IMG/VR virus record: IMGVR_UViG_3300023119_000004
Source of the DNA: a virus
Lineage: Duplodnaviria; Caudoviricetes
Reading direction: 5' to 3' (one strand)
DNA: 64,000 nt
This document shows positions 56,764-64,000 of the stretch, one piece after another (position 1 is the first letter of the stretch; every line of letters starts with the position of its first letter). A model generated the notes under the pieces. It searched no databases, was not told where the DNA came from, and saw only the letters and a program-made list of their open reading frames with translations. The position numbers and the translations under genes were made by a program.

Positions 56764-57343
56764 AACAGACCTTGAATGTAATTTAAACTTACTTAAACAT
56801 TCATCTGTATTTTTAAACAACCAAATTATGAACGATATTGTAATGCCATTAGGTATGCAACACGTTCCTCACACCAGTAAGCCGACGGCAGTAAGTCAAC
56901 AATACAATTTGTTTACAAGTCTTATGCCACCAATTTTTGAATTAAAAGAAAGTATTGCTGGATATTTTAAAAACAATGTTGATCACGATAAAGAACAATC
57001 ATATTGGATTGTTGGTTGGCTAAACTTTTGGCCTAATAAAGGCGAAACATTGCCTTGGCATGGACACGAATACGGCGATGATGAAAACTGTTTTCATGGA
57101 TATGTAGGTGTTGATTGCGAACCATCCGAAACTTATTATAGAACATTAGGTTCAGACAATGTCGAAGTAACCATTAAAAATTTAGATAGACAATTAGTTA
57201 TTACTAATAGTAAAGGCGTTGAACATAGAACAAGTAATTGGAGCGAATCTAGACCACGTATTACTATTGCGTTTAATATCCAACCTAGAGAAACTGTTTT
57301 ACAAGAAGTAGGTAATAGACTAAACTATTACGTTCCTTTATAA
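56747..57343 (+). CDS. Putative 2OG-Fe(II) oxygenase-like protein
   Basis: GWLNFW...LPWHGH, HRT and RPRITIAFN motifs. Confidence 0.65.
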   Translation: MIKVYKTDLECNLNLLKHSSVFLNNQIMNDIVMPLGMQHVPHTSKPTAVSQQYNLFTSLMPPIFELKESIAGYFKNNVDHDKEQSYWIVGWLNFWPNKGETLPWHGHEYGDDENCFHGYVGVDCEPSETYYRTLGSDNVEVTIKNLDRQLVITNSKGVEHRTSNWSESRPRITIAFNIQPRETVLQEVGNRLNYYVPL

Positions 57344-60300
57344 TTATGCTTGTGCCTCTGACCAACGTAGAATGATATTCGCTTGTGTGGATATACCACC
57401 CGTTTTATAAACGTTAATTGCTAACACGTCTGGACCGTTCGGGAATGTGCCTCTACCACCTAGTGTAGTATTAGTTAACTCTTTCAATGAACTTAAATCA
57501 AGTAGTGATGATTCACCCGGTGTTGCAATGAATGAAAATACTGTTTCACCCGGTTGTGCATAAGGTGGTTGACCAAATAAGAACGATACAGTATCGCCTG
57601 GATTAATTGTTGTGGACGAACTCTGTGTAAAGCCAACTTCGTAGTATTCAGTTCCACCAAATTCGTCAATATTAACACTTGCTACATAAGTACCTGGTGG
57701 AAATTTAGTATCTGCTGGGTCAACTTCAGTACCAGCAATAGCACCTAGTGCGTCCCAAGATGCTTTTGTAAATAGCAATTTAGAAGCGTTACTTGTTGAA
57801 CCACCAAAACTAAATGTATAGTTTGCGCCAGCGGCAACAAATGAATTGTTTCTTTGGCTTGTTCTAAATCTATATCTGCTGTACCAATATTCATTAACAA
57901 CTTCAATGATTGTAGTACCTTGTGGGAATAATCCAGTAACTGTTGTACCAACACCAACTTTACCACCTAGTGCTTCCCAATTAGCAGTTGAAACATAATG
58001 ATAGTTTGTGTTGTTTCTGTTATACAATGCGGCCGCTGTATCTGTCATTGCCGCTTGAATAGTTGCTGTACCAGTAGTCTGTGTAGCACCTGTGGTCCAT
58101 GTAACACCACCACCTGGTGCAACCTGTGCGAAACTTGGCTGACCACCCTGGGCCGCCCCTGTTAATCCTGTCCAACCAACTGATCCTGGATCTGTTGGAT
58201 AGTTTTGTGGATTTAGAATTCCTTCAACAACGATACCACCTGTTACTACGTCTGCGTTATTTGCTGGATCAACACCATCTGATGTAATCTCAATACCTTC
58301 AAGTAGCAACTGTGCTCTGTTTAGCAGTTCTCTTTCACCTAGGTCACCTGTAATAGCGTTCGATACACTTGGTGCTAGTCTTAACATAAACACAGTATTT
58401 CTTGTACCACTAATTTCGTTACCTGTGGAAGTATATGAGAACAAGTATCCACGATCTGAGTCAAAGCCACCGTCTGTTTGGAATGCAGAACCCCAGTGTG
58501 AAATAATTGGACTAATAGTATTACTAATTAGAATTACACCAGTACGTTCTGTATGCGTTGCCGCTACACCTGCTGTGTATGTTCTAGTTGCACCTGCCGC
58601 ATAGTTACTCATTGGTGCTGAACGTGTACAGCCTGTTAGTGTATCTCCGTTAACACCTGTAAATCTAATCATCTCGTTATCAATATAAACTGTTCCACCT
58701 GTTGGAGGGAAGAACGAAGCATCAATTAGCGGAATAGTAGTTTGTGTTGCTGTAATATCAGCCGCTAGTCTATCGCTAGGTCCGTAGTTACCTACTTCAT
58801 AACGCACCGGCATATTACCTGTACGCATATATGCTTCTGTGTTAATGTTTGAGTTACGCATTCTATGATAGAAAATAAAGTTACCATCGTCACCTCTTAA
58901 CATCCAATCAATAAATCCAGCACCATACCATGAATACTGTATACCAATCATCTGCATCTTAGAGATGTCCATGATATAACCTGAGGATCCTAAACCGTCG
59001 AGTGTGTCTTTGTTAAAGTCTGCTTGTTTTGTTTTCTTGTCTTCAACCTTACACAATTTTGCACCACTAGCAGGAGTAACACCGCGGAAGTCTGGAGTAA
59101 CTGTCATTGTAGTTTGATTTGTTACGCCCGAAACAACGTGTGTCATACCTTTAATAACAATTACATCACCTGCTTTTAATTGATCTCTAAATCTAGTACC
59201 TGTACCTGTGACTAAGTTGCTATCAACACCAAGTGACACAGTACCTGCTAATTGTAGTGTAGCAGTTCTTTGTACAGCATTAAAGTTAACACCGTCATAT
59301 TCTTGGAAGATACCGTTTTGATCATCAAATGTACCTGAACGTACAGTTGCACCGTGCCAGTTAAGTAGTGATACTTGTGATCTTGCACTTAGTACTGGAT
59401 TGACACCACCAAGTAGTGTTGTTGCAATAACTCTAAACACTCGTTCACTTACAATACTTGCTACTTCGTATTCACCGTTGTAACCGTTTGTTTCAATACC
59501 AATTAATTTAATCTTACCACCAATTTGTAGACCATGGTCTACATCATCTGTGGTTACTGTAATAAATGAACCTGCTGATGTACCGTCTGCATGAACTTCT
59601 AATAAGTCGTATGATGGTGCAAACAAAGCACCAGTTGTATACATAATACCTTTACCTGATTGGTATCTAATATACTTTTTACTTTGACGTATTGCTTGTG
59701 CACCGTGTTGTGGTCCACCTGTTCCTAGCATAACACCACCGTCATATGGTCTATGAATAAAGAACGAATCTGGTCTTGGATACAATGTTGCAGTAATGTT
59801 ATTAACATCACCAATTGCACCTGGTGCTCTACACTGATATCTTAATGTGAGAGATGTTGGAACCTGCTGTGCAAAGAATGGACCTTCAAGTAATGTGTGG
59901 TTGTTAACTCCATCATCACTACCAACTGTAGTAATAAACGCATCACCTGGAACAAGACCGTGTGCAGTATTAAATGTTACTTCAACAGTAGCCAATGCCG
60001 CGAACGCAATAGTTGTGTTTGCTACAATATTTGCTGTGTGTAATTCTGAAACAGTAATAGTTGAATAAGTTTGTACAGTTGTACCTTGAATTGCTGTACC
60101 TGAAATTGTAGTATTAACAATACTACCGTCGGTTGCTACTTCAGTAATTGAAATAACAGCATCGTTAGTGCCATCAACACCACCTAGTAGTGAACCTAAA
60201 ACTTGAATCTTGTTGCCAACAACATAACTCTCACCGTCGATTTCAATTGTAGGTGAAGCATATACTCCGTTGTTTCTTAAAATACTAAATGTTGCATTTG

Positions 60301-63300
60301 CACCAAAGTTAGGTAAGTTTTGTGCACCAAGTTGTGTGTAACTTGCTGTTCCTGTAGCACCACTACCTGCTACTGTAATTCCTGTAATACCGCCTGCACC
60401 ATCAACACTACTAATTGTAATAGTTAAATCGTTAGTAGGACTTGCACCACTTAGTGTGTTACCTAAGAATAAAATACTTTGGTTTGCAGAGTAATCTTGT
60501 CCTGGTGCATTAACAACAGCACTATACGTACCATTAGTAATAGTAATATCAAATGTTGCTAAACTACCTTGAAGTGCAATAACTTCTCCATCTGCTTGTG
60601 ATACATCTTCAATAAGTTTGCTGTTTGATGCTGTACCACTAATTGATGCAGTTAAAATATCACCTCCTGCGCCGATTGTTTGTACTGTGATAGTTGCATC
60701 GTTTGCTGGACTTGCTCCGCCTAAGTCGGTACCTGCTACTGTGAATGTTTCTGTTGCAAGATAACCTGCTCCGCCGGCAGTAATTTGAACACTATAAACT
60801 GTTCCTAAACGTGTTACTGAAAATTCAGCAGTTGTACCACTTGCACCGTTATATGTGTAAGGTACTTGAATATACGATTCACTTTGATCAGCCGCAGTAC
60901 CACTGATAGTAAATGTATTAATTTCACCTGAGGTAACTGCTGTAACTTCAATTTCAGCATCGTTGGTACCGTCTACACCAAATAATGTAGTACCTAAAAT
61001 TTGTAATCTATCACCTACTGCGTAATTTTGTGTTACTGTTCCTGCTGTACCTGTATGTGAAATTGCTGTAATTGTACCAGCACTATCAGCAGTTGTAACA
61101 GTAATAGTAATATCGTTAGCCGGTGTTTGTCCACCAACATTATCACCAGTAATTAAGATTGTATTACCAGCGGCATAGTCTGTACCACCTTGTCCTGATG
61201 AAACTGTAACTGTATATGTTTGGTTAAAGTTCTGAACAATATCAAATGCCGCGCCAGCACCTGTTACGTTAACACCAGAAACAATGTCTGAATAACTTGC
61301 TGAGTTAACCGCAGTACCACTAGCCGAAACAGCAATAATAATTCCGCTACCATCAACTTGATCAATAGTTACTGTACAATCGTTTGTTGATGTTACACCG
61401 CCTAGGTCAGCACCATCTACAACTAGTGTATCGCCTTGTGAATATCCCGAACCGCCGTCAACAACACTTGCACTATAAGTTGAACCTATAAACGAAACGT
61501 TGATTTCTGCGCCAGTACCAATTGAACTTGTTGTATAGTTTGGTGCCGCGTAGTTTGCTTGTGCATCAGGCCCATTACCTGTTGAATTAAATCCTGTAAT
61601 ATCTCCGTTAACTGCACCAACTGATGTAACTTCAATGTCTAAGTCATTGTTTGGACTAGTGCCTCCAAACGTTGTACCTGAAATTCTAATAACGTCACCA
61701 ACAACATATCCTGTTGATGCCGAACTTACTGATTGTGTAACAGTATAATTGTTTGTTGAAAGTGTAACGTCCCAAACTGCACCACTACCTGCACCACCCT
61801 GTGTAATACCTGAAGCAACTGAAGTGTATGTTGGATTTGCTAGTACAGCACTATACGTACCAGAGTCAGCAGTAACATCAAAAATTGCTCCAGCACCTTG
61901 ACCGTTTAAGTTTGTACCTGACTGGTTTTCAAATGTAGCATTACCATCAAATGCTGAACCTGTTGCAGTAAATGTTAAAATCTCTCCACTTGCACCAACA
62001 GTATCAACTGTAATATTGACATCGTTAATGCCTGCAATACCGCCAACCGAGTCACCTAAAATTTGTAGAACGTCTCCTACTGTAAAATCTTGACCTGCTG
62101 TGTTTAGTGTAACAGTATATACACCGGCGGCTCTATCAACATCAAATGCCGCTCCGAAACCTTGTGATTGATAATTTGTACCTGCTATGTTTGTATAAGT
62201 TGTTTGGTTACCAACAATAGCATCTGTTGTGTTACCGTCAAATGCAACATCATTTCCTGTAACAGTGGTAACGTGAATTGCTACACCGTCACCTCTATCA
62301 ATTGCCTGCCCTTGGTTAATACCCGACGGATCAGCAACTTCAATGGTGTTAACTCCTGCATTATAATCGCCAACAACAGTTAGTGTAGTAATAGTACCAC
62401 CTGTACCTTCTACTGATGTTACCTGAGCACCGTCACCTACGCCATCACCGTTAACAACTTGAGCAACTAAGAATGTTAGGTTTGCCGCTCCGCCGTTACC
62501 TAGATCAGCGTCATCAATAGTAATAGTATCACCTACTTGGTTACGTCTACCACCTGTAATAACACTTGATTCAATAACATTACCTGTGCCATCAACTGTA
62601 ATGCTAAATGTACCAACTTCAACATCTTGCACAATGCTATCTGTAGTACCAGTAATAGGACCATATGTGCCTGCTGGACGTAGTGGGTCTGCGGCGCTAA
62701 ATGTGTTAATGCCTGAAATTAATCCTGTTTCATTAATAACCGGAGCGCCAACTTCTGGTATTGCACCGTCAAATGTAATAATCGCACCACCGGCTGGTGC
62801 TGTTAATGGGTTGGTAAATGTACCTGCACTACCCTGTGATAGAATGCTAAAGATCGGAGCACCAATTGCCGCACCTGTATAAAATCCTGCTTCTCTTAAT
62901 TGTGTATAATAAGTTGAAAGTGTTTCACCATTTGTTGCACCAACTTTTGATTTAGCAAAATATGTAAATGTGCTGTTTGTTGGTGTAGTGGAAACAATAA
63001 ATGAACCTTCAGCACGTGAAGCGCCTGCCACTGAATTTTCTAAAGCCTTAATTGTAATAGGTGTACCTGCATCAATACCGTGGGCACCAACCGTTGTTAC
63101 AGTAATTAAACTTTGACCAACGCCGCCTGTGCCAGATGATGCATCAGTTGTAACAGATAATACTTCTTTATCTGTACCTGGAATTTCATAAATTGATGGA
63201 TAACCTCTTTGCATAGCAATCGCTTGCCATTTCGTAGGCTGTAGTCCGTACTCAAAGTCAGCGTCAAGCATAGATACTGAGTTTGACACACGCATACGTT

Positions 63301-64000
63301 CAATAGCATCAGTACCAAAGTCGTATGGTCTAATACGCATTTCACCTTGATCAATGAAGATTTGTAAATCATCAGTGTCAGAATATAAAGGTGTTTTAGT
63401 TTCTACTGGTAATGCTGTTAACCCATTTTCAATAACATCTGTAATAATACCGAACAGTTCAGTAACTCTAGTTCCAACACCTAGTTCAGAAATAGGTAAA
63501 ATAGTGTTTTGTGCAACTCCGTTGTTTTGCTGTGTTTCGTATGCAATACCTTTAAAGATATAATTGTTAATTAAATCTCTTGCAAAGTTTTTGGCCGCAA
63601 TTTCCGGAGTTCTATCACCGTCAATCTGTGGTGTTGTTTGCACCCAATACTTACTAGCATTATATCTTGATTTTTCGTTACCACCGTATTTAATATCGTG
63701 TGTAATGCCTTCAACATTAAGGCCCATATCTCTTTCACACTTGGCAGTATTGTATGTGTATCCATACCACATACTTCCTTCTTCTGCTAGTCCTACATGG
63801 TTGGCAATCCAAGCAACAGTTTCTTTCTTAATAAATTCTAAGTTTGCTTCAAGTAGTGCAACTGCGTTTGGTGAATAAACTCTATTGTCAGTATCTTTAG
63901 TTAGATAAACTGTTGTAATTGTACCTGTTCTTTCTAAGAACTTAGGAAAGTCATCTTCAACACCTTTAGTTAACAATTCAGCATCGTCAACCTGATAACT
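57344..64000 (-). CDS. Giant repeat-containing virion fibre/structural protein (5-prime end beyond the window)
   Basis: Frame stays open to base 64000; >2210 aa; about 9 Gly/Thr-rich repeats of the form GxGAxFxV..Y..GG..Y..GD.I.I.G..LGG..P.ND..I.V. Confidence 0.85.
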   Translation of the reverse strand, partial: SYQVDDAELLTKGVEDDFPKFLERTGTITTVYLTKDTDNRVYSPNAVALLEANLEFIKKETVAWIANHVGLAEEGSMWYGYTYNTAKCERDMGLNVEGITHDIKYGGNEKSRYNASKYWVQTTPQIDGDRTPEIAAKNFARDLINNYIFKGIAYETQQNNGVAQNTILPISELGVGTRVTELFGIITDVIENGLTALPVETKTPLYSDTDDLQIFIDQGEMRIRPYDFGTDAIERMRVSNSVSMLDADFEYGLQPTKWQAIAMQRGYPSIYEIPGTDKEVLSVTTDASSGTGGVGQSLITVTTVGAHGIDAGTPITIKALENSVAGASRAEGSFIVSTTPTNSTFTYFAKSKVGATNGETLSTYYTQLREAGFYTGAAIGAPIFSILSQGSAGTFTNPLTAPAGGAIITFDGAIPEVGAPVINETGLISGINTFSAADPLRPAGTYGPITGTTDSIVQDVEVGTFSITVDGTGNVIESSVITGGRRNQVGDTITIDDADLGNGGAANLTFLVAQVVNGDGVGDGAQVTSVEGTGGTITTLTVVGDYNAGVNTIEVADPSGINQGQAIDRGDGVAIHVTTVTGNDVAFDGNTTDAIVGNQTTYTNIAGTNYQSQGFGAAFDVDRAAGVYTVTLNTAGQDFTVGDVLQILGDSVGGIAGINDVNITVDTVGASGEILTFTATGSAFDGNATFENQSGTNLNGQGAGAIFDVTADSGTYSAVLANPTYTSVASGITQGGAGSGAVWDVTLSTNNYTVTQSVSSASTGYVVGDVIRISGTTFGGTSPNNDLDIEVTSVGAVNGDITGFNSTGNGPDAQANYAAPNYTTSSIGTGAEINVSFIGSTYSASVVDGGSGYSQGDTLVVDGADLGGVTSTNDCTVTIDQVDGSGIIIAVSASGTAVNSASYSDIVSGVNVTGAGAAFDIVQNFNQTYTVTVSSGQGGTDYAAGNTILITGDNVGGQTPANDITITVTTADSAGTITAISHTGTAGTVTQNYAVGDRLQILGTTLFGVDGTNDAEIEVTAVTSGEINTFTISGTAADQSESYIQVPYTYNGASGTTAEFSVTRLGTVYSVQITAGGAGYLATETFTVAGTDLGGASPANDATITVQTIGAGGDILTASISGTASNSKLIEDVSQADGEVIALQGSLATFDITITNGTYSAVVNAPGQDYSANQSILFLGNTLSGASPTNDLTITISSVDGAGGITGITVAGSGATGTASYTQLGAQNLPNFGANATFSILRNNGVYASPTIEIDGESYVVGNKIQVLGSLLGGVDGTNDAVISITEVATDGSIVNTTISGTAIQGTTVQTYSTITVSELHTANIVANTTIAFAALATVEVTFNTAHGLVPGDAFITTVGSDDGVNNHTLLEGPFFAQQVPTSLTLRYQCRAPGAIGDVNNITATLYPRPDSFFIHRPYDGGVMLGTGGPQHGAQAIRQSKKYIRYQSGKGIMYTTGALFAPSYDLLEVHADGTSAGSFITVTTDDVDHGLQIGGKIKLIGIETNGYNGEYEVASIVSERVFRVIATTLLGGVNPVLSARSQVSLLNWHGATVRSGTFDDQNGIFQEYDGVNFNAVQRTATLQLAGTVSLGVDSNLVTGTGTRFRDQLKAGDVIVIKGMTHVVSGVTNQTTMTVTPDFRGVTPASGAKLCKVEDKKTKQADFNKDTLDGLGSSGYIMDISKMQMIGIQYSWYGAGFIDWMLRGDDGNFIFYHRMRNSNINTEAYMRTGNMPVRYEVGNYGPSDRLAADITATQTTIPLIDASFFPPTGGTVYIDNEMIRFTGVNGDTLTGCTRSAPMSNYAAGATRTYTAGVAATHTERTGVILISNTISPIISHWGSAFQTDGGFDSDRGYLFSYTSTGNEISGTRNTVFMLRLAPSVSNAITGDLGERELLNRAQLLLEGIEITSDGVDPANNADVVTGGIVVEGILNPQNYPTDPGSVGWTGLTGAAQGGQPSFAQVAPGGGVTWTTGATQTTGTATIQAAMTDTAAALYNRNNTNYHYVSTANWEALGGKVGVGTTVTGLFPQGTTIIEVVNEYWYSRYRFRTSQRNNSFVAAGANYTFSFGGSTSNASKLLFTKASWDALGAIAGTEVDPADTKFPPGTYVASVNIDEFGGTEYYEVGFTQSSSTTINPGDTVSFLFGQPPYAQPGETVFSFIATPGESSLLDLSSLKELTNTTLGGRGTFPNGPDVLAINVYKTGGISTQANIILRWSEAQA

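Noticed and set aside
10666-64000. Stop-codon reassignment, introns or inteins in core genes
   Set aside because: Helicase, UvsW, UvsX, terminase, sheath and tube read through at expected lengths in code 11, with no intein or homing-endonuclease insertions seen.

Overview
This 64-kb window is part of a large lytic myovirus genome with a T4-like core; compact dnaE-like and clpP genes resemble those I recall from Rak2/GAP32-type jumbo phages. The host is probably an aquatic proteobacterium (inference). There are four zones. (1) 1-345 is non-coding and packs 8 tandem DnaA boxes, two inverted IHF-consensus sites and two XerC/XerD dif-like sites into about 300 bp. (2) About 350-7650 is an early region on the + strand: small genes behind 14 sigma70 promoters (all with 17-bp spacers), a shared GAGGGCA leader motif, tRNA-Leu(UAA), tRNA-Arg(UCU) and several orphan RNA hairpins. 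(3) About 7700-10660 is a transition zone with late-type promoters, a glnA-class glutamine riboswitch upstream of a 64-aa protein, and a repeat/palindrome-rich non-coding block. (4) 10660-64000 is mostly on the - strand. It carries replication and recombination genes (gp41, gp61, mini-DnaE, gp62-like, UvsW/X/Y, gp32) and auxiliary genes (ClpP, carbamoyltransferase, YhhQ, 2OG oxygenases, methyl- and glycosyltransferases, peroxiredoxin, HldE/HldD). It also carries packaging and morphogenesis genes (terminase, gp4, gp13-15, sheath, tube) and a >2200-aa repeat-rich fibre protein cut by the window end. The strongest leads are the DnaA/IHF/dif cassette and the phage-borne glutamine riboswitch. All protein calls come from motif recognition by eye; no searches were run.
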